Assembly: GCA_035495615.1 (NCBI GenBank)
Contig: DATJFP010000036.1
Location: 6,795 to 70,794 of the forward strand
Source: Verrucomicrobiia bacterium
GTDB lineage: Bacteria; Omnitrophota; Omnitrophia; Omnitrophales; Aquincolibacteriaceae
DNA length: 64,000 nucleotides
Reading direction: 5' to 3'
The translations under genes were made by a program, and so were the position numbers. The notes under the pieces were generated by a model, which saw nothing but the letters and a program-made list of their open reading frames with translations, ran no database searches and was not told where the DNA came from. Below, piece by piece: positions 20,068 to 29,488 of the stretch. How positions within the stretch are numbered: the stretch's first letter is position 1; the number at the start of each line of letters is the position of its first letter.

Positions 20068-22746
20068 ATGAAACGTAATTCCACTCTTATCTTAATGGTG
20101 GGTTTTCCCAAAGAGGAAGGCCTGAGGATGAAAAAGTGCCTGCCTCAGGAATTGTCTTTCCTTTCGCTGGCCGTGGACTGCATCCTTTCGAGCAAGCAGG
20201 CCCTGAAGCAGCTCGACCACACGCAGTACGACCTTTGCATTCTGGACGCCCGTAAAAAACCCGCCGCGGCGCGCAAACTTCTCCTCGATCTCTGCGGCAA
20301 ATGTTTCCGCATGCCCGTCATCTGCGTGACCGCGGGCTCGGCCCAGGGACAGGGCATGGCGCTCCTGCGCGCAGGCGCGAAAGATTATCTGTCCGGAAAG
20401 GAGTTCAGCCCGGGCGCGCTCGCGCGCAAAATCCAGGCCGTCTTGAAAATGGAACAGAAAAAGCGCCTTCAGAAAAGGACCGAGACCGACATTCAGAGGG
20501 CGCACCGCCGCAATGAGCAATTCCTCGCCTCGATCACGTCCATTCTCATCGGCATCCGCCGCGACGGCACGGTCACGTACTGGAACCAGGTCGCGGAAAA
20601 AACATTCGGGATTCCCGCGCACCAGATCGTGCACCGGCCTTTTTCGGAATGCACGATCGCATGGGATCTGCCGCTGCTCTTGAAAGGGATCAAGGAATGC
20701 ATGCAGACGAAAAAGTCGGTGAAGGTCGAGGACGTGAAATACCGGAAGCCGGACGGGGAAGTCGGCCTTTTGGGATTCACGCTGAATCCGCTCAGCGAGG
20801 CGTTCGGCAGCCAGAGCGAAGTCCTGGTGCTGGGCGCGGACATCACCGACCGCAGGGCCTACACGCGGGACCTCGAGGCCGCGAACCAGAGGATCGCGCA
20901 GGAAAAGGCAAAGGCCGAAGCGATTCTTGCCAGCATCGGCGAAGGGCTTGTCGTGACAGACAAGGAAGGAAGGATTGTGCTGGCCAACAAGCAGGCGATC
21001 GCGACCTTCCACTGGCATCCGGTGGACATCATCGGGCAGCCGCTCCTGGAACAGGTGCCGCTCTGCGACGAAAAAGGCCGGCTTATTCCCGCGGACAGGC
21101 GGCCGACCACCATCGCGCTCATGACCGGAAGGAGAAACGCGATCACTGCAAGTTACGGCGAGGGCGCCAACATGGTGGCCCTGCAGATCCTGGCGTCGCC
21201 CGTTCTCTTCGACGGCAAGGCCGCGGGCGTCATCGTGATCTTTCGCGACATCACCCGCGAAAAAGAAATCGACAAGACGAAAACGGAATTCATTTCCACG
21301 GTGTCGCACGAACTGCGCACGCCGCTCACGTCCATCCGCGAAGGCGTGGCGCAGGTCTCCGAAGAAATCCTGGGCCCGATCAACGCGGACCAGAAGGAAT
21401 TCCTCGGGATCGCGCTGGAAGAGGTGGACCGCCTGGCCGCGATCATCAATGACCTGCTGGACATTTCCAAGATCGAGGCCGGCAAAGTCATACTGAAAAA
21501 AGCCTGGGTGGACCTGAAGGAGCTGGTGGAGCAGACCGTGTTCGCGTACCAGAGCTTGATGAAGAACAAGAGCATCGATCTGGCTGTGGACCTCCCGGAA
21601 GAAATGGCAGATGTCTTCTGCGATTCCGACAAGGTCAAGCAGGTGCTCACGAACCTGCTCACCAACGCCTACAAATTCACGCCCGACAATGGGCGCATCA
21701 CGGTGCATGTCCAAAACCGCGCGAAAGAGATCCAGGTGAACGTGCGGGACACGGGCATCGGCATCAATGAAGAAAATCTCCCGAAACTTTTCAACAAATT
21801 CGTGCAGGTCGGACGCACGGCCGGGCCCGGCATCAAGGGCACGGGCCTGGGCCTTGCGATCTGCAAGAATCTCGTCGAGATGCACGACGGCCAGATCGGC
21901 GTCGAGTCCCAGCAGGGCGAGGGAAGCTGCTTTTATTTTACGCTGCCGCGACTGCAAAAAGATTCCGTGGCGCAGAAAAACATCGATCAGGGGCTGGAAG
22001 AGCTCGGGCAGCAGGCGCCGAACCTTTCCGTCATGGTGCTGAAGCTGACCGAGCACGCCCGTGCCGGTAAGGCCGACCCGCGGCGCGTGTATGAAATCTT
22101 GAAGCCGTTCTCCAAATGGATCCAGCGGCGCCTGTTGAACGGCATCGGCGACATCTTCCTGAACGGGTTCGACGAGAGCATGGTCGTGCTGCCGGGCATG
22201 AACAAGAAAAAGGCCGTGGAGCTCGGCGAGCGGCTCAAGGCCTCGCTTGAAGAATTCGTGAAGACGCATGCCGCGGGCCGCTCGTCCGACTTCGAGATCG
22301 CCTTCGGCATTTCGACTTATCCGGAAGACGCGGACACGAGCGAGAACCTGCTGTCGAAAGCGCGGCCCTCGGAATCTTCGCACATCTCCGCGCCCGAGCG
22401 CCGCGGCTCAATGCGCCTGCCGTGCCGCGTGGCGGTCACGATCCAGGACGACGCCGGGGAATGGGCCGAATCGGAAACCGTGAATCTGGGACAAGGCGGC
22501 TTCAAGCTGTACGCAGCCGTGCCTTACCGCATCGGTGCTGTCAAGCAGGTCGAGCTGAGGCTGCCTTTGAAAAACGGCACCGTAAGGTCGAAGGCCGTCG
22601 TTGTCTGGGTACAGCGGGACGGCAAGCCCGACCGCTATCTGGTCGGATTCCAATTCGTCGGAATTTCAGAGGCCATGAAATCCAAGATCAAGCATTTCAT
22701 CGAAGAAGGCCCCGCCGAAAACGGCGATTTCCGGAAAACGGCATGA
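20068..22746 (+). CDS. Hybrid sensor histidine kinase: degenerate REC, 2 PAS, HisKA, HATPase_c, degenerate GGDEF-like, PilZ
   Basis: Pseudo-receiver (DLCILDA...VICVTAG...AKDYL), PAS regions, H-box [17 protein letters not shown] boxes ([26 protein letters not shown]), GGDEF-like segment with NGFDESMVVLPG in place of GGDEF, and C-terminal PilZ motifs RRGSMRLPCR (RxxxR) ... NLGQGGF (D/NxSxGG). Confidence 0.75.
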   Translation: MKRNSTLILMVGFPKEEGLRMKKCLPQELSFLSLAVDCILSSKQALKQLDHTQYDLCILDARKKPAAARKLLLDLCGKCFRMPVICVTAGSAQGQGMALLRAGAKDYLSGKEFSPGALARKIQAVLKMEQKKRLQKRTETDIQRAHRRNEQFLASITSILIGIRRDGTVTYWNQVAEKTFGIPAHQIVHRPFSECTIAWDLPLLLKGIKECMQTKKSVKVEDVKYRKPDGEVGLLGFTLNPLSEAFGSQSEVLVLGADITDRRAYTRDLEAANQRIAQEKAKAEAILASIGEGLVVTDKEGRIVLANKQAIATFHWHPVDIIGQPLLEQVPLCDEKGRLIPADRRPTTIALMTGRRNAITASYGEGANMVALQILASPVLFDGKAAGVIVIFRDITREKEIDKTKTEFISTVSHELRTPLTSIREGVAQVSEEILGPINADQKEFLGIALEEVDRLAAIINDLLDISKIEAGKVILKKAWVDLKELVEQTVFAYQSLMKNKSIDLAVDLPEEMADVFCDSDKVKQVLTNLLTNAYKFTPDNGRITVHVQNRAKEIQVNVRDTGIGINEENLPKLFNKFVQVGRTAGPGIKGTGLGLAICKNLVEMHDGQIGVESQQGEGSCFYFTLPRLQKDSVAQKNIDQGLEELGQQAPNLSVMVLKLTEHARAGKADPRRVYEILKPFSKWIQRRLLNGIGDIFLNGFDESMVVLPGMNKKKAVELGERLKASLEEFVKTHAAGRSSDFEIAFGISTYPEDADTSENLLSKARPSESSHISAPERRGSMRLPCRVAVTIQDDAGEWAESETVNLGQGGFKLYAAVPYRIGAVKQVELRLPLKNGTVRSKAVVVWVQRDGKPDRYLVGFQFVGISEAMKSKIKHFIEEGPAENGDFRKTA

Positions 22747-22811
22747 ACCCCTCACCCTTCCCTCTCCCCAAAGGGGAGAGGATAAAGGAGAGGGGATAAA
22801 GTGAGGAGAAT

Positions 22812-23204
22812 ATGAATCTCAAAGGCAAAAAAATCCTGTTCGTGGACGACGAGCCCACGATCGTCAAGATCATGATGAACCGGCTTAAATCGCATTCGTT
22901 CGTCGTCGAGACCGCGCTGAATGGCAAGGAAGCGCTCGAGAAAGCGAAGACCTTCCAGCCGGACCTCATCCTGCTCGACGTGTCCATGCCCGGCATGGAC
23001 GGCTACGAAGTCTGCCAGCTTCTCAAAAAAGACCACGCCACCGCGCACGTGCCGGTCATCATGTTCACGGCCTCGCAGGCGGAAGATTTCTTGACCAAGG
23101 GCCTCCGCGCGGGCGCCGAGGACGTCATCAATAAGCCTTTTGTCGCCGACCTTCTGGAATCCATCAAAGGGGCGTTCAACGGAAAAAAAGAAGACGAGGT
23201 TTGA
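22812..23204 (+). CDS. Single-domain response regulator receiver (CheY-like)
   Basis: ILFVDDEPTIVKIM...LILLDVSMPGMDGYEV...VIMFTAS...INKPF. Confidence 0.85.
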   Translation: MNLKGKKILFVDDEPTIVKIMMNRLKSHSFVVETALNGKEALEKAKTFQPDLILLDVSMPGMDGYEVCQLLKKDHATAHVPVIMFTASQAEDFLTKGLRAGAEDVINKPFVADLLESIKGAFNGKKEDEV

Positions 23205-23208
23205 TCTC

Positions 23209-24051
23209 ATGGAAAATGCCGTGCCGGTGCTTTTGATCGAGGACGATCCGGGAGACGTCCGCCTGGTCCGGCAGCAGCTCGCCGCCTCCAAAGACACCCA
23301 TTTCGAAGTCGTGGAAAAAGGACTGCTCTCCGAAGGCCTCGAACGCCTGGCTCAGGGCGACATCCGCGTGGTGCTTCTCGACCTTTCGCTGCCGGACGGC
23401 CGGGGCCTCCAGGCCGTCACGCGCGTGCATGAGGCTTCGCCCGCCACTCCGATCATCGCTATGAACGTCGTGGAAAACGGGACGCTCGCGCTGCAGGCCG
23501 TGCAGGAAGGCGCGCAGGATTTCTTCGTCAAGGCTGCCGGGAGTTCCGCCAGCCTGCCGCTCGTGATCCGGCTGGCCATGGAACGCAAAAAAGTCGAGCG
23601 GGAGCTGGCGCGGCTTGCGTCGTTTGCCTGGAAAAATCCGAACGCGATTTTCGAAAGCAGCTTCCAGGGCAAAGTCCTTTACCTCAATCCCGCGGGCCGG
23701 CACGCGTTTCCGGAGCTTTTGGAAAAAAGCGACCATCCTTTTTTGAGCGGCCTGCCGGCCTTGATCGAGGCGCTGCAGAAAGACCGGAAAGACGTGGCCG
23801 TGCGCGAGCTCGAGCTCGGCGAATCCATTTACGAGCAGCACGTCTGGTATATCCCCGAGGCGCGCGTGATTCACAGCACGCTCGTCGACGTCACGGAAAG
23901 AAAGCGCGCGGTCGAGGCGCTGAAACGGCGCACGGTGGAAGTCGAGCGCATGAACCGCGTCATGATCGGGCGTGAAATCAAAATGAAGGAACTCAAGGAA
24001 CAGGTCAGGCGGCTCGAGTCCCAGGGACCGCAAGGCAAGGAAGCAGCCTAA
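23209..24051 (+). CDS. Response regulator with REC + PAS-like domain and C-terminal coiled coil; no recognisable output domain
   Basis: REC (VLLIEDDPGDVRL...VVLLDLSLPDGRG...IIAMN...FFVKA), then PAS-like (NAIFESSFQGKVLYLNPAG...DVTERKRAVEAL), then charged coiled coil. Start ATG at 23209; the in-frame ATG at 23140 would overlap the upstream gene. Confidence 0.7.
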   Translation: MENAVPVLLIEDDPGDVRLVRQQLAASKDTHFEVVEKGLLSEGLERLAQGDIRVVLLDLSLPDGRGLQAVTRVHEASPATPIIAMNVVENGTLALQAVQEGAQDFFVKAAGSSASLPLVIRLAMERKKVERELARLASFAWKNPNAIFESSFQGKVLYLNPAGRHAFPELLEKSDHPFLSGLPALIEALQKDRKDVAVRELELGESIYEQHVWYIPEARVIHSTLVDVTERKRAVEALKRRTVEVERMNRVMIGREIKMKELKEQVRRLESQGPQGKEAA

Positions 24052-24070
24052 CAACGCAGGAAACAGTGTC

Positions 24071-26506
24071 ATGAAGCTCGGAACAAAACTGGTGATGGCC
24101 TTTCTCGCGATGGCGGTGCTCGTTGGCTGCGTGGGTTTTTCCTCGTTCCTCGAGCTCAAACGCGTGCTCGAACCGCTCACGTTCGATATTCCCCAGGGCC
24201 TGCGCAAAATCGAAAGCACGTCGCACCTGGATGCTCTCGCCCAGAAGATCCGCCACTACGACCAGATCCTCACCGAATCCGCGCGGGATTATGTTTACAC
24301 CGGCGGCCGGCAGTACAAGTACCGCTACAAGGAATTCGAGCCGCGCCTTGATGCCGCGATCCGGGAAGCCATCGAGAAAGGCGATGAAGAAGACAAAAAA
24401 ATATTTTCGGCCATGCAGCAGGCCAAGCTTACATTCGTTAATCTCGAGTACCAGGCGCTCGCGTCCATGGATAAGGGCATGAAGCCGGAGGCCATGCAGA
24501 TCCTCGAGACCGCGGATTACTGGCGCTCGAAAGGCGAGTACCGGCGCGGCCTGGAAGATTACATCGAGCGGCGCGGCAAGCAGTACGGCGAGTCCCTGCA
24601 GCTGACCTCGAGCCAGGTCGACGGCGCGGTGATGAACACCCACCATCTGGTTGAAAATGCCATCCAGCGGCTTTGGGTCATCAGCACGCTGGCGCTCATT
24701 CTGGGTATCTGCCTCGGCCTGTATGTTTCGCGCAGCATTCTCGCGCCCATCCGCGCGCTGAAGCAGGGCGCGGAGGTCATCGGTAAGGGCGACCTGAACC
24801 ACTCGATCGAGATTCTTTCCCGCGATGAGATCGGGCATCTGGCCTCGGCCTTCAACGACATGACGCGCAAGCTCAAGGAATCGTATGCGGGCCTCGAAGA
24901 CAAGGTGCTCGAGAAGACGAGCGAGCTCGGGCACAAGGTGGAAGAGATCGAGGAACAGAACAAGATCCTCGAAATGTCCAAGGCCGCGATGCTGAACGTG
25001 CTGGAAGACCTGGAGCATGCCAAGTCCGAAGTGGACGAGGAGCGGGCGAAAGACGAAGCCATCCTGGCCAGCATCGGCGACGGCATGATCGCGACCGACC
25101 CGCAGGGAAAAATCATCAAGGCCAACAAACAGGCGGAGGTCATGCTGGGCGTGAAGGCCGCGGACATGCTCGGGAAAACCTTCAGCGTGGTCATGGCGCA
25201 CGAAGATGAGGACGGCAACGCGGTGCCGCCGGAGCAGAGCCCGATCCCGCTGTCGCTCGCGCGCGGTAAAAAAGTGCTGGCCATCGCCTATTTCGTGCGC
25301 AAGGACGGCACGCGGTTTCCCGCGGCCATCACGGTCTCTCCGATCGTGCGCGAAAACAAAATCATGGGTGCGATCGAGATCTTCCGCGACATTTCCAAAG
25401 AAAAGGAAATCGACCGGATGAAGACCGAATTCATCAGCCTGGCCTCTCATGAGCTGCGCACACCGCTCACCGTGATCCGCGAAGGCGTTTCGCTCGTCAT
25501 CGACGAAATCCTCGGGCCGACGACGGCGGAACAGAAGTCCTTTCTGTCCATGGCGCTCAAAGACATCGACCGTCTGGGACGCATCATCAACAACCTGCTC
25601 GACGTTTCCAAGATCGAGGCGGGAAAAATGGAGATGAAGCGCGTCCACGTGAACCTGTCCGACATCGCCGCCGGCGTGGCGGAGGCGTTCGCGCAGCACG
25701 CGAAATCCAAGAAGCTGGAACTCAAGACGCGGTTTCCCAAGAAGCCCGTTGAAATGTACGTGGATAAAGATAAAATCGTCCAGGTGTTCACCAACCTCGT
25801 CGGCAACGCCATGAAATTCACGGAACAAGGGTCGGTCGAGATCTCCATCGAAGACGGCGAAGACATGATCATCTGCTCGGTGCGCGATACGGGCCGGGGC
25901 ATTTCCGAGCAGGATATGGAAAGGGTGTTCCGGAAATTCCAGCAGTTCGGCGGAGCGGCCTCCAGCGGGGAAAAGGGCACGGGCCTCGGGCTGTCGATCG
26001 CCAAGGGAATCGTGGAAATGCACCACGGCAGGATCGGCGTGGAAAGCATTCCCGGCCAGGGAACGCGGTTCTTTTTCAGCCTGCCGAAAGACACCCCCCA
26101 GAAACTTTTCCAGGACCAGCTTACCCGGGAACTCCGCGCGGCCATGAACGAGAGAAGCGCGCTTTGCGTAGTTTCGTTCACGCTGAGAGACCTTCGCTTC
26201 GGCGAGTCCGCCGGCAGCGCCAGGGAAAAGACCGCGGGAGCGCTCCTTGAAGACGTGATCCGCGCCGTCACGCACAGCCAGGCCGACCAGGTGCTGCGGG
26301 AAGGCGAGAGCGTTTTTGCCGTCTTCTCCGGCGCGGATAAAAAAGAAATCGAAAAGATAGCTTCGAAAATCCGGACGGAGTTTGCATCCGCTCTGGAAAA
26401 CGCGGGCAAGAAAGGCGCGAAGGCCGGCCTGGATTTCCGCATCGCGAATTATCCCGAGGACGGGGCAACAGGCGAGGAGCTTTTGTCGCTTCTGTCCGCC
26501 GCATGA
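24071..26506 (+). CDS. Sensor histidine kinase with extracytoplasmic sensor domain, HAMP, PAS, HisKA, HATPase_c and C-terminal degenerate GGDEF-like domain
   Basis: Signal/TM segment (LVMAFLAMAVLVGCVGF), ~170-aa periplasmic region, second TM, HAMP (DEIGHLASAFNDMTRKL), coiled coil, PAS, H-box [17 protein letters not shown] boxes, then GGDEF-like fold with ESVFAVFSG in place of GGDEFVV and ...RIANYPEDGATGEELL. Confidence 0.8.
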   Translation: MKLGTKLVMAFLAMAVLVGCVGFSSFLELKRVLEPLTFDIPQGLRKIESTSHLDALAQKIRHYDQILTESARDYVYTGGRQYKYRYKEFEPRLDAAIREAIEKGDEEDKKIFSAMQQAKLTFVNLEYQALASMDKGMKPEAMQILETADYWRSKGEYRRGLEDYIERRGKQYGESLQLTSSQVDGAVMNTHHLVENAIQRLWVISTLALILGICLGLYVSRSILAPIRALKQGAEVIGKGDLNHSIEILSRDEIGHLASAFNDMTRKLKESYAGLEDKVLEKTSELGHKVEEIEEQNKILEMSKAAMLNVLEDLEHAKSEVDEERAKDEAILASIGDGMIATDPQGKIIKANKQAEVMLGVKAADMLGKTFSVVMAHEDEDGNAVPPEQSPIPLSLARGKKVLAIAYFVRKDGTRFPAAITVSPIVRENKIMGAIEIFRDISKEKEIDRMKTEFISLASHELRTPLTVIREGVSLVIDEILGPTTAEQKSFLSMALKDIDRLGRIINNLLDVSKIEAGKMEMKRVHVNLSDIAAGVAEAFAQHAKSKKLELKTRFPKKPVEMYVDKDKIVQVFTNLVGNAMKFTEQGSVEISIEDGEDMIICSVRDTGRGISEQDMERVFRKFQQFGGAASSGEKGTGLGLSIAKGIVEMHHGRIGVESIPGQGTRFFFSLPKDTPQKLFQDQLTRELRAAMNERSALCVVSFTLRDLRFGESAGSAREKTAGALLEDVIRAVTHSQADQVLREGESVFAVFSGADKKEIEKIASKIRTEFASALENAGKKGAKAGLDFRIANYPEDGATGEELLSLLSAA

Positions 26507-26519
26507 ACGGAGTCGAGAG

Positions 26520-26885
26520 ATGAAAAAAATCCTACTGACCGACGACGAACCGAACATCGTAAAAGTCGTGTCCGCGCGCCTCAAGGCGCACAATTACGAA
26601 GTGATTCCGGCCTACGACGGCGAGTCGGCCCTCGACGCGGTCTACCGCGAAAAGCCGGACCTCATCCTCCTGGACATCATGCTGCCCAAACTCGACGGCT
26701 ACAAAGTCTGCCAGAAGCTCAAATCCGATCCGAAGTGGAAAGAGGTCCCCATCATTCTCTTTTCGGCCAAGACCCAGGCCGCGGACAAGCAGACCGGGCG
26801 CGAATACGGGGCGGACGCCTATATCGCCAAGCCTTTCCAGCCGGAACAGCTCCTGGAAACCATCAAGTACCTTCTCAAGGAATAG
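26520..26885 (+). CDS. Single-domain response regulator receiver (CheY-like)
   Basis: ILLTDDEPNIVKVV...LILLDIMLPKLDGYKV...IILFSAK...IAKPF; ATG at 26520 with GGAG 10 nt upstream. Confidence 0.85.
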   Translation: MKKILLTDDEPNIVKVVSARLKAHNYEVIPAYDGESALDAVYREKPDLILLDIMLPKLDGYKVCQKLKSDPKWKEVPIILFSAKTQAADKQTGREYGADAYIAKPFQPEQLLETIKYLLKE

Positions 26886-26895
26886 TCCCGAAACA

Positions 26896-26923
26896 AACTG
26901 CCTCCCGCCTTGTTGGGAGGAAA
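26896..26923 (+). terminator. Possible stem-loop after the signalling cluster (ctgCCTCCCgccttgttGGGAGGaaaac)
   Basis: 6-bp GC stem with 8-nt loop, 10 nt after the stop; no U-tail, so intrinsic-terminator status is uncertain. Confidence 0.25.
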
Positions 26924-27036
26924 ACGAACGTGGACAAAGGGCATCCCCCTGAGTTATATTAATCCTTCCTTTTCCAGGAAGTTCCCCTGAAGGGACAAGG
27001 CAATAAATACCCCCTTAAACCTGAGTCGGAGACGTT

Positions 27037-27360
27037 ATGGGACGCGAAAAAACTTTTACCGAGGCCAATTTTGACACCGAAGTGCTGGGTTCCTCCCAGC
27101 CCGTGCTCGTGGATTTCTGGGCGGAATGGTGCGGTCCCTGCCGCATGCTGGGTCCGGTGATCGAGCGTATCGCCGAGGCGAACGAAGGCAAGCTCGTCGT
27201 GGGCAAGCTGAACGTGGACGAAAACAGCAGCGTCCCCCAGAAATATGGCATTCAGGGCATCCCGACCATGATCATCTTCAAGGGAGGGGAAGTCGCCTCC
27301 CAGCTCGTGGGCTTTCAGTCCCAGGAAAAAATCCAGAAAGCCATCGACTCCGTCATTTAA
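27037..27360 (+). CDS. trxA: Thioredoxin
   Basis: WAEWCGPC active site; 107 aa. Confidence 0.9.
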   Translation: MGREKTFTEANFDTEVLGSSQPVLVDFWAEWCGPCRMLGPVIERIAEANEGKLVVGKLNVDENSSVPQKYGIQGIPTMIIFKGGEVASQLVGFQSQEKIQKAIDSVI

Positions 27361-27446
27361 TCTTCCGGTTTCCCCGGGGCGGTCCCCTGAAAAAACGGAA
27401 CACACAGTGTCTTTGATTTTTTAATTCAAGCAAAGGAGAAGTTCCA

Positions 27447-28496
27447 ATGAAAATGACTGAAGGAAAATTAAAAGGGCTCGAAGCGCTTTCCAATGACCGG
27501 GGCGTAATTGCCGCCGCCGCCATGGACCAGCGCGGTTCCCTGCGCAAGAGCCTGGCCAAGGCCAAGGGCGTGGAAGACAAGCAGATCACCGACGCCATGA
27601 TGCAGGAATTCAAAACGCTCGTCACGAAGGTGCTGACGCCGCATGCCACTGCGATCCTGCTGGATCCCGAATTCGGCCTGCCCGCGGTGAAAGCCCGTTC
27701 GAAGAACGCCGGCGTGCTTCTCGCGTATGAAAACAGCGGCTACGACAACACGAAGCCCGGACGCCTTCCGGACCTTCTGGAAGTCGAGACCGTCCGTTCG
27801 CTGCAGGAAGCGGGCGCGGACGCGATCAAGATCCTTCTTTATTACACGCCTTTCGATCCGAAGCCGATCAACGACCATAAGCATGCGTGGACCGAGCGCA
27901 TCGGCGCCGAGTGCGCGGACCGCGACATCCCGTTCTTCTTCGAATTCGTGGGTTACGATCCCGCGGGCGGCGACGTGAACACGCTCGAATATGCGAAGCA
28001 GAAGCCGGAAATCGTGGCCAAGAGCATGGAAGAATTTTCCAAGGCAAAGTATCAGATCGACGTGCTGAAGGTCGAGATGCCTATTAATATGAAGTTCGTC
28101 GAAGGCACCAAGTCCTTCAAGGGACAGAAGGCCTACTCCAAGGCCGAAGCCGTCGCGTCTTTCAAAAAGACGGCGCAGGTCACCAAGAAGCCCTTCATTT
28201 ATTTGAGCGCGGGCGTGGATGACGATGAATTCCGCGAAAGCCTCGAGCTTGCGGCCGAATCCGGCGTGCGATACAACGGCGTGCTTTGCGGCCGTGCCAC
28301 CTGGAAGAACGGCATCCCGGTTTATGCGAAAGAAGGGGCCAAGGCTTTCGAAGCGTGGCTTCTCGATCAGGGCGTGAAGAACATCAAGGCCCTGAACGCG
28401 GTGCTCGACAAGTCCGCGACCGGCTGGTACGACGTGTACGGCGGGCGCGACAAGGTCCAGGCCGTGGGCAAGACGCTCGAAACGGCGCGCGCTTAA
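27447..28496 (+). CDS. Class I aldolase, LacD/tagatose-1,6-bisphosphate aldolase family
   Basis: LSNDRGVIAAAAMDQRGSL N-terminus and overall TIM-barrel LacD/YihT-family profile (ILLDPEFG, DAIKILLYYTP, catalytic Lys region KVEMP). Confidence 0.65.
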   Translation: MKMTEGKLKGLEALSNDRGVIAAAAMDQRGSLRKSLAKAKGVEDKQITDAMMQEFKTLVTKVLTPHATAILLDPEFGLPAVKARSKNAGVLLAYENSGYDNTKPGRLPDLLEVETVRSLQEAGADAIKILLYYTPFDPKPINDHKHAWTERIGAECADRDIPFFFEFVGYDPAGGDVNTLEYAKQKPEIVAKSMEEFSKAKYQIDVLKVEMPINMKFVEGTKSFKGQKAYSKAEAVASFKKTAQVTKKPFIYLSAGVDDDEFRESLELAAESGVRYNGVLCGRATWKNGIPVYAKEGAKAFEAWLLDQGVKNIKALNAVLDKSATGWYDVYGGRDKVQAVGKTLETARA

Positions 28497-28513
28497 GCCG
28501 TTTTTGCGACCGG

Positions 28514-29476
28514 ATGAAGTACCGGAAACTGGGCAAGACCCAGCTCGAGGTATCGGAAGTCGGCTTCGGCTCCTGGGCCATCGGCGGCCAGGGGTACGGC
28601 GCTACCGTGGACGACGAGTCGATGGCCGCGCTGGAAACGGCGTGGGAACATGGCGTCAACTTTTTCGACACGGCTGACACCTACGGTGACGGCCACAGCG
28701 AAAAGCTGATCGCGCGATTTTTGAAGTCCAAGCCCCGGGACAAGGTCATTGTGGCCAGCAAGGCCGGCTGGGATTTTTATCACGAGCCCGTCCGCAAGAA
28801 TTTCACCCCCGAGCATATCCGTTTCGCCTGTGAGCAGAGCCTGAAGCGCCTGGAAGTGGACGCGATTGACGTGCATCAGCTCCACAACCCCTGCCTGGAC
28901 GAAATCGCGAAAGGCGAGGCGGTCGGCGAGCTGGATAAGCTGCGCAAGGAAGGCAAGATCCGCTTCATCGGGATCTCGGTGCACCGCGAGGACGAGGCTT
29001 TGGCTGCTTTGAAAGACCCGCGCGTGGACACGGTGCAGCTGATCTTCAATTTGATCGATCAGCGCATGGCCGAAAACGTTTTTGACAAGGCCAAGGCCGC
29101 GAACGTCGGCATTATCGCGCGAGAGCCGCTGGCCTGCGGTTATCTGACCGGAAAGTACGGTCCGAGCCACGAGTTCGCCAAGGGCGACCACCGGCGGCGC
29201 TGGCACAAGGACAAGCTTGAGATCGACACGCAGAAGATCGAGAAGCTGAAAAGTATCCTGGCGACGCGGCGGCTGTCGCTTGTCCGCGCGGCGCTGGAAT
29301 TCGTGCTGGATTTCGACGCGGTTTCGACCGTGATCCCGGGCGCGAAGCGGCGCGAACAGGTCCTGGAAAACCTGCTGGCGTCGGAAGACCCGATGCTCCG
29401 GATCCAGGAATCGCACCAGCTTCGCGAGCTTTACAAGAAGGAAGAAATTTTTTCGAAAGGCCTCAATCCTTGCTAA
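28514..29476 (+). CDS. Aldo/keto reductase
   Basis: KLGKTQLEVSEVGFGSWAIGG, FDTADTYG, IRFIGIS; ~320 aa. Confidence 0.85.
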   Translation: MKYRKLGKTQLEVSEVGFGSWAIGGQGYGATVDDESMAALETAWEHGVNFFDTADTYGDGHSEKLIARFLKSKPRDKVIVASKAGWDFYHEPVRKNFTPEHIRFACEQSLKRLEVDAIDVHQLHNPCLDEIAKGEAVGELDKLRKEGKIRFIGISVHREDEALAALKDPRVDTVQLIFNLIDQRMAENVFDKAKAANVGIIAREPLACGYLTGKYGPSHEFAKGDHRRRWHKDKLEIDTQKIEKLKSILATRRLSLVRAALEFVLDFDAVSTVIPGAKRREQVLENLLASEDPMLRIQESHQLRELYKKEEIFSKGLNPC

Positions 29477-29488
29477 AGGACAAAAACG

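Noticed and set aside
19611-26885. Prophage or integrative-element call based on the excisionase-family HTH and the AT-rich boundary
   Set aside because: No integrase, recombinase, tRNA, att-like direct repeats or phage structural genes were seen. The HTH_17 fold is also used by ordinary transcription factors.
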